Notes: a model not told the origin generated them from the sequence alone. A DNA stretch of 64,000 nt from Nitrospirota bacterium (GCA_963721805.1 CAVRJY010000002.1:576001-640000); one strand, 5' to 3'. Positions 39,501 through 54,960 are shown, counted from the first letter of the stretch. A program made the numbers and translations.

Positions 39501-40527
39501 ATGAGCAGTAAAGACCTGAAAGCGCTCACGGAGGGCGAGGCCGCTGAGCTTCTTGCGGCCCTCGGCCAACCACGATACAGGGCCGGGCAGCTCATGGCGT
39601 GGATATACGGCCGTGGGGCGCGGGAGCATCGCGGAGATCACCGTATTTTCGAAGGCCCTCAGGGCCGAACTCGAAGAAATTGCGTATATCAGCAACTTGA
39701 AGTGCCTGGAGCGGCAGGTCTCGAGCGACGGCACAGAGAAATACCTCTTCGGGCTGCAAGACGGCCTCACGATCGAAAGCGTGCTGATCCCGGACGAGGA
39801 GCGGCTTACGCTCTGCATATCGAGCCAGGCCGGCTGCGCGATGGGTTGCCGGTTCTGCCTCACAGGGCGAGGCGGCCTCAGGCGCAACCTCCTGCCGCAC
39901 GAGATCGCGGACCAGGTGATCTCGGCCTCGAGGATGATCGCCCCCCGGAAGCTGACGAACATCGTGATGATGGGCATGGGCGAGCCTCTTAAAAATCTCG
40001 ACAACGTGGCCGCGGCCCTGAGGCGGATTACCGGGCTGCTCGGGTTCTCGCCGCGCAGGATAACGCTCTCGACCTCCGGGCTCGCGAAGGAACTCCTGGT
40101 GCTGCCTGAGGTCGCGCCCAACGTGAATATCGCGATCTCGCTAAACGCCGCTACGGACGAGGTGCGCGACCGCATCATGCCGGTCAACCGCAAATACCCG
40201 ATCCGCGAACTACTGAGTGCCTGCCGGAAGTATCCTCTGGGAGACCGGAGGCGCATAACATTCGAGTACGTCATGCTCCGGGGCGTCAACGACTCGCTCG
40301 AGGACGCGCGAACGCTGGCCGGGCTCCTTAAGGGCATCCCCTCGAAGATAAACCTCATACCGTTTAACGAGTTTCCGGGCTCGGGTTTCCAGCGGCCCGA
40401 GGACGCGGCAGTGCTTGCGTTTCAAGCGGTACTCGCCTCGCGGGGCCATATAGTGCTGATCCGAAAGAGCAAGGGCACGGACATACTGGCGGCCTGCGGC
40501 CAGCTCGGCGCCAAGCACAAGGGGTAG
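39501..40527 (+). pseudogene. rlmN: 23S rRNA m2A2503 methyltransferase RlmN, frameshifted near 39620
   Basis: N-terminus MSSKDL..PRYRAGQLMAWIY is in one frame; DGTEKYLF, SSQAGCAMGCRFC, MGMGEP, DILAACGQL are in another. Confidence 0.85.
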
Positions 40528-40533
40528 GGTGCT

Positions 40534-40553
40534 TGCCCTCGGCGGGCATTTTT
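40534..40553 (+). terminator. Putative terminator after rlmN
   Basis: TGCCC-TCGGC-GGGCA followed by TTTTT. Confidence 0.4.
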
Positions 40554-40570
40554 GTATATAATGCGAAGCT

Positions 40571-41314
40571 ATGAGAAAACCCTTTATAGCCGCCAACTGG
40601 AAGATGAACAAGACTATCGCCGAGGCCGCGGAGTTTTTCGCCGCGTTCGTGCCCGCCGTCAGGGGAGTCTCTGACGTCGATATCCTGATCGCCCCGCCGT
40701 TTACGGCCATCGCGGTCGCGGACAGCGCGCTGAAGGACACGAACATATTGCTCTCGGCGCAGGACGTGTTCTATGAGGAGAAGGGAGCATACACCGGTGA
40801 GGTCGCGCCGGGCATGCTCACCGACGCCGGCTGCTCTCACGTCATAATCGGACATTCCGAGCGCCGCCAGTTCTTCGGCGACACGGACGAGGTCGTGAAC
40901 AAGAAGGTCCGCTCCGCGCTCAAGGCCGGGCTAAAGGTCATCTTGTGTATCGGCGAGTCGCTCGCCGAGCGACAGTCCAACAACACAAACTCGGTGCTCA
41001 AGCGCCAGCTCAATGCAGGGCTTGCCGGTATCGGGATAGATGAGATAGTAGTAGCCTACGAGCCGATCTGGGCCATAGGCACCGGCGTGACCGCCAGCCC
41101 CGAGCAGGCCCAGGAGGCCCACGCATTCGTGCGCGGCGAGCTCCGGGCGATGTACCAGGGCAAGGCCGACGCGGTCCGCATATTATACGGCGGGAGCGTT
41201 ACGCCGGATAACGTTAAGATACTCATGGCGTGCCCGGACGTGGACGGCGCGCTGGTCGGCGGGGCGAGCCTCAAGCCCGACAGCTTCACGAAACTCGTAA
41301 GGTTTAAGGAGTAA
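40571..41314 (+). CDS. tpiA: Triosephosphate isomerase
   Basis: ANWKMN, IGHSERR, AYEPIWAIGTG, LVGGASL. Confidence 0.97.
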   Translation: MRKPFIAANWKMNKTIAEAAEFFAAFVPAVRGVSDVDILIAPPFTAIAVADSALKDTNILLSAQDVFYEEKGAYTGEVAPGMLTDAGCSHVIIGHSERRQFFGDTDEVVNKKVRSALKAGLKVILCIGESLAERQSNNTNSVLKRQLNAGLAGIGIDEIVVAYEPIWAIGTGVTASPEQAQEAHAFVRGELRAMYQGKADAVRILYGGSVTPDNVKILMACPDVDGALVGGASLKPDSFTKLVRFKE

Positions 41315-41322
41315 AACTTAGA

Positions 41323-41790
41323 ATGATGACACTCTTGGTTATACTGCATGTGCTGATCTCGGTCTTCCTGATCTTCGTCGTCCTGATACAGGGCGGCAAG
41401 GGCGCCGAGATGGGCGCGGCCTTCGGCGGGGCGAGCCAGACCGTATTCGGCTCCCGCGGCGCCGCGACGTTCCTAAACAAGCTGACGACATACGTGGCAG
41501 TCGCGTTTATGGCCACCTCTTTGATACTCGCGATATCCTCCAGCCGGGCCACCTCGATCATAAAGGGCGGATCCGGCGGCGGAGCGCCGATGAGCGCCCC
41601 TGCCGGAATGCCTGCGATGCCGGCAGCGCCCGGAGCGCCCGCGACATTGCCCTCTGGCATGCCCCTGCCCGGCTCGACTCAGGGCGGCGCACAGGCCCCG
41701 GCAGCCCCGCAGGGCACCGCGCCGGCTAAGGCCGCGCCAGCAGCCCCGACGGCCCCGGCCGCCCAGCAGCAGCCAACAACAAAAAAGTAG
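41323..41790 (+). CDS. secG: Preprotein translocase subunit SecG with long Pro/Ala-rich tail
   Basis: VLIQGGKGAEMGAAFGG..FGSRG..FLNKLT; tpiA-secG synteny. Confidence 0.92.
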   Translation: MMTLLVILHVLISVFLIFVVLIQGGKGAEMGAAFGGASQTVFGSRGAATFLNKLTTYVAVAFMATSLILAISSSRATSIIKGGSGGGAPMSAPAGMPAMPAAPGAPATLPSGMPLPGSTQGGAQAPAAPQGTAPAKAAPAAPTAPAAQQQPTTKK

Positions 41791-41797
41791 GTCACTG

Positions 41798-43423
41798 ATG
41801 CACTCAACGCCCCGGGGGTTTATACGGCTCCTCGGGGCGGTGCTTTTTTCATCGGTATTAATCCTTGCCGCGTCATGCAGCAGGTCCGGCCCCCGCGAAC
41901 CCCAGATAGCGAGCCCCAACACGCTTACCGACAGCGCCTCGGCCGACGCCAAGCGCCTGCTGCCGCCTCTAGCCTCCGATTCTGCCTCGGGCGAGATCAG
42001 CGGGCTGATATTCAACGGGCTGGTCAAGTACGACAAGAACCTCGTCCTCGTAGGCGATCTCGCCGAGTCGTGGGATATAAATAAAGGCGGCCTGGAGATC
42101 GTATTTCACCTCCGCAAGGGCGTCAAGTGGCACGACGGCGCTGAGTTCACCTCAGACGACGTGGTCTTCACCTACAAGGTCGTGACCGACCCCAAGACCC
42201 CCACTCCCTACAGCACTAACTACGGCCCTATCGACAGGGTCGAGGCCATGGACAGATACACCGTGCGCGCGACGTACAAGGAGAAATTCGCACCGGCGCT
42301 CGAGTCCTGGGGCATGGGCATAATGCCCAGGCATATCCTCGAGGGCAAGGACGTCGCCGCGGAGGAATTCAACCGCCACCCGATAGGCACCGGCCCGTTT
42401 GTGCTCAAGGAATGGCTCACGGGGCAGCGCATCGTGCTCGACGCGTTCGACCAGTACTTCGAGGGCAGGCCCTCGATAGACCACTACGTGATGCGCGTGC
42501 TGCCGGATGCGGCAACGACGCTCCTTGAGCTCAAAAGCGGAGGCATAGACCTCATGTCCCTCGATCCCTCGCAGTACGCGCGCGAGGCTCAGGGCGAGTT
42601 CTACGGCCATTACTTCCGCAAGCTCCGCTACCCGGCGTTCCAGTACGTCTACATGGGCTATAACCTCAAGGACCCCAAGTTCAGCGACAGGCGCGTCAGG
42701 CGCGCGATCACGCACGCGATCAACAAGGCCGACATCGTAAAGGGCGTGCTGCTGGGCTTGGGGAGGCCGTGCACGGGGCCGTTCCCGCCCGAGAGCTGGG
42801 CCTATAACCCAGAGGTGAAAGACCCCGCATATTCGCCCGAGCGCTCCCGGGCGCTCCTTAAAGAGGCAGGCTGGGAGCCCGGGGCGGACGGGATCATGCA
42901 AAAAGGCGGCGTGCCTTTCAGCTTCACCGTGATCACCAACCAGGGCAACGAGCCACGGCTCATGTCCGCCGAGATCATCAAGGAGCAGCTGAAGGCCGTT
43001 GGCATAGAGATGAACATCAAGGTGCTCGAGTGGCAGGCCATGCTCCACGAGTTCATCGACAAGCGCCGGTTCGAGGCCGTGATCATGGGCTGGAGCCTCT
43101 CGCGCGACCCCGACGCCTACGCCATCTGGCACTCCTCGCAGACCAAGGAGGGCGAATTCAACTTCGTTTCGTACAATAACCCCGAGGTCGACCGCCTGCT
43201 CGTCGAGGGCCGGAGCACGTTTGACCTCGCCGAGCGCAAGCGCATCTACCGCCGCATCCACGAGCTGATCGCCGAGGACCAGCCCTATACCTTCCTCTAC
43301 GTCCCCGACGCCCTGCCGATCATCAACAGGCGCTTCAGGGGGATAGAGCCCGCCCCTATCGGAATTTCATACAATCTTATACAATGGTACGTACCGCCCG
43401 ACAAGGCGCAGTGGTATCAGTAA
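41798..43423 (+). CDS. Peptide/nickel ABC transporter substrate-binding lipoprotein (family 5)
   Basis: Lipobox AASC, LRKGVKWHDG, PIGTGPF. Confidence 0.9.
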   Translation: MHSTPRGFIRLLGAVLFSSVLILAASCSRSGPREPQIASPNTLTDSASADAKRLLPPLASDSASGEISGLIFNGLVKYDKNLVLVGDLAESWDINKGGLEIVFHLRKGVKWHDGAEFTSDDVVFTYKVVTDPKTPTPYSTNYGPIDRVEAMDRYTVRATYKEKFAPALESWGMGIMPRHILEGKDVAAEEFNRHPIGTGPFVLKEWLTGQRIVLDAFDQYFEGRPSIDHYVMRVLPDAATTLLELKSGGIDLMSLDPSQYAREAQGEFYGHYFRKLRYPAFQYVYMGYNLKDPKFSDRRVRRAITHAINKADIVKGVLLGLGRPCTGPFPPESWAYNPEVKDPAYSPERSRALLKEAGWEPGADGIMQKGGVPFSFTVITNQGNEPRLMSAEIIKEQLKAVGIEMNIKVLEWQAMLHEFIDKRRFEAVIMGWSLSRDPDAYAIWHSSQTKEGEFNFVSYNNPEVDRLLVEGRSTFDLAERKRIYRRIHELIAEDQPYTFLYVPDALPIINRRFRGIEPAPIGISYNLIQWYVPPDKAQWYQ

Positions 43424-43448
43424 TCTCCCCATAGAGGAGGCCGCACAG

Positions 43449-44681
43449 ATGGCTCACCCCAAACTGCTCGCACTCGTACTGGCCGGAGGGAAGGGCGAAC
43501 GCCTCTTCCCGCTCACCGCGATGCGCTCCAAACCCTCGGTCCCGTTCGGCGGAAGCTACAGGATAGTGGACTTCGTCCTGAGCAACATCGTGAACTCGCA
43601 GGTATATTCCATCTACCTCCTCGTGCAGTACAAGTCCCAGTCGCTCATCGAGCACCTCAGGCGCAACTGGGTGCTCTCGCCCCTGCTGCGCGACCAGTTC
43701 ATCACCGTAGTGCCGCCCCAGATGCGCATGGGCACCGAGTGGTTTCAGGGCACCGCTGACGCGGTGCTCCAGAACGTCAACCTCATAATAGACAACAACC
43801 CCGGGCTCGTTTTAGTCTTCGGCTCCGACCACATCTACCGCATGGACATCCGCCAGATGGTGGACTTCCATATGAGGACCGAGGCGTCCGTCACCGTGGC
43901 GGCCCGCCCGGTGCCTATCGAGCAGGCCTCGGCGTTCGGCTGCATGCAGACAGACCCCGACCTGCGCATCACGAATTTCCTCGAGAAGCCCAAAAACCCT
44001 CCCCCGATGCCCGGCCGGCCTGACCACGCCTTCGTCTCGATGGGCAATTACATATTCAACACCGAGGTGCTCGTCAAGGCGCTCGCCGACGCACAGCGCA
44101 AGAAGCAAAACGACTTCGGCGCGCATATCATCCCTGACCTCGTGGGCTCGACCAAAAAGGTCTTCGCATATGACTTCTCGACCAACGTGATCCCCGGCAG
44201 CATGCCGCACGAGGAACTCGGGTACTGGCGCGACGTCGGCACTATCGAGGCCTTCTTCAACGCCAACATGGACATGCTCGGCGAACGCCCGGCCTTTGAG
44301 ATCAACAACAGCCAGTGGCCGATCCTCACCGGCTCGGGCCAGTTCTCGCAGCTCAAGATACAGAAGGGCGAGATCACAAACAGCATCCTCGCCCCAGGCG
44401 TCTCGGTCAACGGCGCAAAGATCAAAAACTCTATCATCCGCAGCGGCGTCTCTATCGGCAAGGGCGCGGTCGTCGAGGACTGCATCATCATGGACGACGT
44501 GCACATCAACAGGAACGTCAAACTCAAGCGCATTATAATCGACAAGCACAACGTAATCGAAGAGGGGGCCGAGATCGGCCTCAACCCCAAAAACGACCGC
44601 TTCCGCTGCCACATGGACCCCTGCGGCATAGGCATCGTTCCACGGGGCGGAAAGCTGCGCAAGCCCTCGCGCTCCAGATGA
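43449..44681 (+). CDS. glgC: Glucose-1-phosphate adenylyltransferase
   Basis: LAGGKGERL.PLT..RSKPSVPFGG, WFQGTADA, YWRDVGT. Confidence 0.96.
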   Translation: MAHPKLLALVLAGGKGERLFPLTAMRSKPSVPFGGSYRIVDFVLSNIVNSQVYSIYLLVQYKSQSLIEHLRRNWVLSPLLRDQFITVVPPQMRMGTEWFQGTADAVLQNVNLIIDNNPGLVLVFGSDHIYRMDIRQMVDFHMRTEASVTVAARPVPIEQASAFGCMQTDPDLRITNFLEKPKNPPPMPGRPDHAFVSMGNYIFNTEVLVKALADAQRKKQNDFGAHIIPDLVGSTKKVFAYDFSTNVIPGSMPHEELGYWRDVGTIEAFFNANMDMLGERPAFEINNSQWPILTGSGQFSQLKIQKGEITNSILAPGVSVNGAKIKNSIIRSGVSIGKGAVVEDCIIMDDVHINRNVKLKRIIIDKHNVIEEGAEIGLNPKNDRFRCHMDPCGIGIVPRGGKLRKPSRSR

Positions 44682-46816
44682 GCGCCGGCGAGGACGGCCG
44701 CACCGCAAGCCTGCTCGACGCCCTCGGCATCCAGCCGTATTATTACGACATAAAGGGAAAGCGGCATGACGCCCCGGCCGAGTCCATCGCCGCGCTCATG
44801 CGCGCCCTCGGCATCGACGACCCGGACGCCGCGCTCAACGAGCTTTCCAAGCGGCCCTGGAACACCTTCATCGATCCCGCCATTGTGGTCTCGGTCAATG
44901 CGCAGCCGGGGCTGATCCCCCTGCACTTTCAGCTCGACGAGGGCACGGAGGCCGAGGTAAGCATCAAATGGCGCACATCTGACGAGCAGGGATCGGTAGA
45001 GGAGTTCATCGAGAATTCGATAGGGGTTGCCGCGGATGCGGTTATAGGCGGCCAGCGCTACGTCAGGGTCGATCTCCATAACCGCACCGATCACTCTCTT
45101 GGGTATTACTGGCTCGATGTCGAGTGCAAGACTAAAAGGCGCACGCACCACGGCCGCTGCCGCCTGATCGTCGCCCCGGACCGCTGCCACCTGCCGCAGC
45201 GGCCTATGTGGGGCGTCAGCGCCGCGCTCTACGGCATGCGCACAGAGCGCGACTGGGGCATCGGGGATCTGGGCTCGCTGGCCGAGATGACGCACCTTGT
45301 CGGTACCGAGCTCGGCGGCGGCTTCGTCGGCATCAACCCGCTGCACGCGATCTCGGACCACATGCCATACGGCATAAGCCCCTACTCCTCTATCAGCAGG
45401 CTGTACCGAAACCCGATATATATCGACGTCGAGCGCGTGATGGCGATCTGCGGCATCGAGATGTCCGGCGAGCTGCGCCTGAGGGTCGAGGGCCTCCGCA
45501 AGACGGATATGGTCGACTACGATGCGGTCATCGAGCTCAAGTCCGAGGTCCTCCAGAGCTGCTTCGAGCGTTTTTCCGAGGTCAGGCCGAAGGAGCATTA
45601 CGAGGATTTCGAGCGCTACGTCCTGTCCGAGGACGTGGAGCTCGAAAACCACGCCGTATTCATGGCGCTCACGGATGTGATGCGGATACTCAATCCCAAC
45701 GCATATACGTGGCGGCAATGGCCCGAGCAGTATAGCAGCCCCACAGCGCCCGGCATCCGGGATTTCAAGCGCCTTCATGAGCGCAAGATAGCTTTTTGCA
45801 AGTTTCAGCAGTGGGTGCTCGACAGGCAGCTGCGTGACGCCGCCCCTTCCGGGATGCAGCTTGGGATATATAACGACCTCGCCGTGGGTTCATCGGCCGA
45901 CGGCAGCGACGCATGGGCATATCAGGGCGTGTTCGTCTCGGGACTAAGCGCCGGGGCTCCGCCCGACGAGACCAACATGAACGGCCAGTGCTGGGGCTTC
46001 CCGCCGCTGCTGCCTTCGGGGCTTCGAGAGTCAGGCTATGAGCTCTTCATCCAGACTATACGCCGGAACCTCGCGCACGCCGGCGCGCTCAGGATCGACC
46101 ATGCTATTGGGCTCTTCCGCATCTTCTGCATCCCCGAGGGCATGAACCCCGCCGAGGGCGTCTACCTGCGTTATCCGAGCGAAGACCTCCTGCGGATCAT
46201 CGCGCTTGAGAGCGTGCGCGCGGGCGCCGTGATCATCGCCGAGGACCTGGGCACTATGAGCGACGACATACGCGAGGCGCTCCTGCGCTTTGGCATGCTC
46301 TCATACAGGCTTTTCTACTTCGAGCGCGACTGGCAGACCGGCACGTTCCTGCGCCCCGACCAATACCCCGAACTCGCGCTTGCGACGGTCACTACTCACG
46401 ACCTGCCGACGCTGTACGGGTACTGGGCCGGGCATGACATCGAGGTCAAGGCCGGCCTCGGCATATATCCAAACGAGGAGTCGCGGCTGCATGATATCGA
46501 AGACCGCGCCCGCGTGCGCCAGGCGATGCTGGACGCCGTGGCGGACCGCCTGCCCGAGGGCTACCCGCGCGATGCCGCGTCGCTGCCCGAGATGACGCCG
46601 GAGCTCTGCCGCGCGATATACTCACACCTGGCCGCGACGCCCTCTCTGCTGGTCTCGGTCTCGATCGATGACGCGCTCGGAGTCATGGACCAGCAAAACA
46701 TGCCGGGCACTCTGAACGAGCACCCGAACTGGCGGCGCAGGCTACCGATGAGCGTCAGTAGGATCGGCTCCGAGAGCGAGCTTCGCGAGCTTGCGGGGAT
46801 TCTTAATCGGGGCTGA
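44678..46816 (+). CDS. malQ: 4-alpha-glucanotransferase (GH77)
   Basis: SPYSSISR, DLAVG, LRIDH, EDLG, TTHDLPT, NMPGT..HPNW. Confidence 0.95.
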   Translation: MSAGEDGRTASLLDALGIQPYYYDIKGKRHDAPAESIAALMRALGIDDPDAALNELSKRPWNTFIDPAIVVSVNAQPGLIPLHFQLDEGTEAEVSIKWRTSDEQGSVEEFIENSIGVAADAVIGGQRYVRVDLHNRTDHSLGYYWLDVECKTKRRTHHGRCRLIVAPDRCHLPQRPMWGVSAALYGMRTERDWGIGDLGSLAEMTHLVGTELGGGFVGINPLHAISDHMPYGISPYSSISRLYRNPIYIDVERVMAICGIEMSGELRLRVEGLRKTDMVDYDAVIELKSEVLQSCFERFSEVRPKEHYEDFERYVLSEDVELENHAVFMALTDVMRILNPNAYTWRQWPEQYSSPTAPGIRDFKRLHERKIAFCKFQQWVLDRQLRDAAPSGMQLGIYNDLAVGSSADGSDAWAYQGVFVSGLSAGAPPDETNMNGQCWGFPPLLPSGLRESGYELFIQTIRRNLAHAGALRIDHAIGLFRIFCIPEGMNPAEGVYLRYPSEDLLRIIALESVRAGAVIIAEDLGTMSDDIREALLRFGMLSYRLFYFERDWQTGTFLRPDQYPELALATVTTHDLPTLYGYWAGHDIEVKAGLGIYPNEESRLHDIEDRARVRQAMLDAVADRLPEGYPRDAASLPEMTPELCRAIYSHLAATPSLLVSVSIDDALGVMDQQNMPGTLNEHPNWRRRLPMSVSRIGSESELRELAGILNRG

Positions 46817-46870
46817 AGGCGGGTTTTAAGGCTTATATTTGAGTTCCTCCCATAAAATTATTCGAGTAAC

Positions 46871-46934
46871 TTGACAACAATATTAAATATCTGTTAATCT
46901 CTTCTTCTCCCGTTGGGGAGGATGTTCTTTGACA
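46871..46934 (+). promoter_or_regulatory. rRNA operon promoter and boxA-like antiterminator
   Basis: TTGACA at 46871, TG-TTAATCT -10 region, TGTTCTTTGACA boxA-like. Confidence 0.75.
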
Positions 46935-46985
46935 TGTCTAATAGAGTGCGTAGCAGCCCTTGTTCGTCACAAGATATGCAGGAAA

Positions 46986-48570
<1,585 letters not shown>

Positions 48571-48716
48571 ATGACTTCGGGTCTTCATGTCCCGACACAT
48601 CCGGCGAAAACCAAATAGACGCAAGGGTGAGTTTCCCCTAAGGATACTCCGCTACGCACTCTTTTAGATAAATCGGCCTGAGAGGGATACCATTGTCATT
48701 TGCGTCCTGATCGGAC

Positions 48717-48790
48717 GGGCCTATAGCTCAGTTGGCTAGAGCGCGCGCCTGATAAGCGCGAGGTCAGTGGTTCAAATCCACTTAGGCCCA
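48717..48790 (+). tRNA. tRNA-Ile(GAT), CCA not encoded
   Basis: Cloverleaf; CTGATAA anticodon loop; GGTTCAAATCC. Confidence 0.97.
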
Positions 48791-48797
48791 TTACCCA

Positions 48798-48870
48798 GGG
48801 GGTGTAGCTCAGTTGGGAGAGCGCCTGCTTTGCAAGCAGGAGGTCATCGGTTCGATCCCGTTCACCTCCA
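48798..48870 (+). tRNA. tRNA-Ala(TGC), CCA not encoded
   Basis: Cloverleaf; TTTGCAA anticodon loop; GGTTCGATCCC. Confidence 0.97.
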
Positions 48871-48911
48871 TAGGGTTCAGGTTCTTTGAAAACAGAGGGA
48901 AGAAGAATAAG

Positions 48912-52064
<3,153 letters not shown>

Positions 52065-52157
52065 TTTTTCCACTCCCTCTGTTTTTATGGAGTCTGAACT
52101 CCTGGGTAATCCGGGCGTATCCGATGTTACGGGCGTCCGGCAGCGAGATATTAGGGT

Positions 52158-52275
<118 letters not shown>

Positions 52276-52280
52276 TTTAG

Positions 52281-52312
52281 AAGCCCCGAGCTAATCACTC
52301 GGGGCTTTTTTT
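52281..52312 (+). terminator. rRNA operon intrinsic terminator
   Basis: AAGCCCCGAG..CTCGGGGCTT followed by T-run. Confidence 0.9.
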
Positions 52313-52316
52313 TGCG

Positions 52317-52733
52317 CTATAACTGGCTGAGTGCCCTATAGAGATAAAGCCCGAGGAAGAGCCCGATGCTGAGCACCAGGATCGCGAGCGTCACGTCGAG
52401 GTTAAGCGATGGCTGGTAGGAGTCTTCGTCTATCTGGCGTTCGACAGTCTTGAAACGGGCGAGCGACAGGATCGCGATCAGCCCTCCTGCGGCCATCAGC
52501 GAGATGCCGACGATCCCCGTCAGCGATGGCCCTGATGTCTGGGGCAGATCCTGCTTGCCTACGATGATGAGGAACTGCCGCGTGATGAGAGCGAACCGCT
52601 CAAGCACGAATCCGAAGGCCATTATCCCGATGCTCGTGCGTATCCAGGCGAGGAAGGTGCGCTCGTTGGCCATGTGCGTGCGTCGGTTCTTGACGCGAGG
52701 CTGTATTGTTTCCTGCTCTATTGGTTTCTCCAT
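52317..52733 (-). CDS. DUF202/YidH family membrane protein
   Basis: RTHMANERTFLAWIRT. Confidence 0.9.
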   Translation of the reverse strand: MEKPIEQETIQPRVKNRRTHMANERTFLAWIRTSIGIMAFGFVLERFALITRQFLIIVGKQDLPQTSGPSLTGIVGISLMAAGGLIAILSLARFKTVERQIDEDSYQPSLNLDVTLAILVLSIGLFLGLYLYRALSQL

Positions 52734-52743
52734 TTATCTCCCC

Positions 52744-54105
52744 TTAAAACTCTATCGAGTCCAGGGCCTCCCGGACGGTCGCGACCCCTGTGACCTCAAG
52801 CCCGCCTATAGCGCCCTTGAGCCTCGCTGCGTTACCGGCCGGGATGATAGCCTTTTTAAACCCAATTCTCGATGCCTCCCTGAGCCTCAGCTCGGCATGC
52901 CCGACGGCCCTGACCTCTCCCGAGAGCCCGACCTCGCCGAATACGAATATGTCCGGAGGCACGGGGCGCTCTCTGAGCGACGAGGTTATAGCGACCAGCA
53001 CCGCCAGGTCTATCGCGGGCTCCGTGAGCTTCAGCCCGCCTACGACGTTCATATAGATGTCCATCCCGCTCATCGCTATAGAGGCCATCTTCTCTAAGAC
53101 CGCGACCAGCAGGTTCACGCGCTGGAAGTCCATCCCTATCGCTGTGCGGCGCGGCATCCCGAACATCGTCGGCGCCACTAGTGCCTGTATCTCTACGAGT
53201 ATCGGCCGCGTCCCCTCGATGCTCGATACCACGACAGAGCCGGGGGCCTGCTCTCGCCGCTCTGACAGGAATAACTCCGATGGGTTGTCTATCGCGCTCA
53301 GGCCCGCGTCGGACATCTGAAACACGCCGATCTCGTTGGTCGAGCCGAAGCGGTTTTTCACGGTGCGCAGAATGCGGTAGGGGTGGCCCTTGTCGCCCTC
53401 GAAGTACAGCACAGTATCGACTATGTGCTCGAGCACTCGGGGCCCGGCTATCGCGCCCTCCTTGGTCACGTGGCCGATGATGAACACAGGCACGCGCGAG
53501 GACTTCGCAAACAGCATGAGGCGCATCGCGCACTCGCGCACCTGCCCGACCGAGCCGGGCGCGGAGTCGAACTCCTCGCTGTACGTGGTCTGGATCGAGT
53601 CTACGACGAGCGCGGTCGGCTCCATCGCCGATGCTGTGGCGAGCACGTTTCCGAGCATGATCTCCGATAGCAAAATGATGTTATCGCCCTTGATGCCAAG
53701 GCGCTCGGCGCGGATCTTGATCTGCTCCGGGGACTCCTCCCCAGAGACGTAGAGCACCTTGCCCTCGAGCCCAGCCGCGGCCTGGAGGATCAGAGTGGAC
53801 TTCCCTATGCCGGGGTCCCCGCCTATAAGCACGACCGAGCCCGGCACCAGCCCGCCGCCCAGAACGCGGTCGAACTCGCCGATGCCGGTCGTCGTGCGCG
53901 CACCAAGCTCTATGTCTATCTCGGATAGCGGCATGGGCACGGACTTGCCCGGCAGGCCTCCCTTCGCCGATGACGGCTTCTTGCTCACGCGCTCCTCGAC
54001 CATGCAGTTCCATTGGCCGCAGTCCGGGCACTTGCCAGCCCACTTGGGGCTCTGATACCCGCACGCCTGACATTGATACACCGTCTTGCTCACGATCTTG
54101 GCCAT
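52744..54105 (-). CDS. radA: DNA repair protein RadA/Sms
   Basis: C4 zinc finger, GGDPGIGKST, KNRFG. Confidence 0.97.
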   Translation of the reverse strand: MAKIVSKTVYQCQACGYQSPKWAGKCPDCGQWNCMVEERVSKKPSSAKGGLPGKSVPMPLSEIDIELGARTTTGIGEFDRVLGGGLVPGSVVLIGGDPGIGKSTLILQAAAGLEGKVLYVSGEESPEQIKIRAERLGIKGDNIILLSEIMLGNVLATASAMEPTALVVDSIQTTYSEEFDSAPGSVGQVRECAMRLMLFAKSSRVPVFIIGHVTKEGAIAGPRVLEHIVDTVLYFEGDKGHPYRILRTVKNRFGSTNEIGVFQMSDAGLSAIDNPSELFLSERREQAPGSVVVSSIEGTRPILVEIQALVAPTMFGMPRRTAIGMDFQRVNLLVAVLEKMASIAMSGMDIYMNVVGGLKLTEPAIDLAVLVAITSSLRERPVPPDIFVFGEVGLSGEVRAVGHAELRLREASRIGFKKAIIPAGNAARLKGAIGGLEVTGVATVREALDSIEF

Positions 54106-54106
54106 A

Positions 54107-54874
54107 TTAAAATAATCCCATTATAGACGAGCCGCCTCCCGGGCGGAATGCGCGCTTGATTGCCGAGGTTATGAATTCTTTTGCCTTAAGCGCGGCCTCA
54201 TATGGCGTCTGGCCAATAGCGAGGTATCCGGCGAGAGCCGCGGAATATACGCATCCTGTGCCATGGTATCTGCCCTCGATGCGCTCGCCCTCGATCCTCC
54301 TGATTCCCTCGCGGTCGATGTATATATCCACTGGCGAGCCCGCTAGATGTCCGCCCTTTACGACGACCGCACCGGCTCCCATATCCAGCATGATCCCTCC
54401 GGCCAGCGTCATGTCATCAATAGTGCTGATGCTCATTCCCGTGATGAGTTCCGCCTCGGGGATGTTAGGGGTGACGACCGTGGCGCGGCTGAAAAGCGCG
54501 GACTTCATAAGCTCAATCCCGGCTTCGTCCAGCAAACGATAGCCCGACGAAGATACGCAGACCGGATCCACTACCAGATTGACGAGCGAGAACTTGTCCA
54601 CCGCCTCGCAGGCCGCCTGCACCGCACCGGCATTATGGAGCATCCCGGTCTTTAGCGCGCCGGGCTTGATGTCCTCAAGCAGACATTTGATCTGAAGCCG
54701 GACGAACCCGGCGTCCACCCCGAGCGTCGAACGCACGCCTTGCGTGTTTTGGGCCGTCAGGGCAACCGGCACGGACAGGCCGTGAATACCCAAAGCGCGG
54801 AACACCGCGAGGTCTGCCTGGAGCCCGGCCCCTCCCGTGGGGTCCGAGCCGGCTATCGTAAGGACATAATGCAC
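54107..54874 (-). CDS. thiD: Hydroxymethylpyrimidine/phosphomethylpyrimidine kinase
   Basis: LTIAGSDPTGGAGLQAD, TPNIPEA, HGTGC. Confidence 0.93.
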   Translation of the reverse strand: MHYVLTIAGSDPTGGAGLQADLAVFRALGIHGLSVPVALTAQNTQGVRSTLGVDAGFVRLQIKCLLEDIKPGALKTGMLHNAGAVQAACEAVDKFSLVNLVVDPVCVSSSGYRLLDEAGIELMKSALFSRATVVTPNIPEAELITGMSISTIDDMTLAGGIMLDMGAGAVVVKGGHLAGSPVDIYIDREGIRRIEGERIEGRYHGTGCVYSAALAGYLAIGQTPYEAALKAKEFITSAIKRAFRPGGGSSIMGLF

Positions 54875-54902
54875 AACGCATTATAACCTCCGGGTTTCGT
54901 TG

Positions 54903-54931
54903 TTGACAACAGATGCGTCGCTTGATAGGCT
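54903..54931 (+). promoter_or_regulatory. sigma70 promoter of hydrogenase operon
   Basis: TTGACA-17nt-TAGGCT with extended TG. Confidence 0.6.
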
Positions 54932-54960
54932 GGAGGTATGGACGAGGGGCGTGATCCGCG

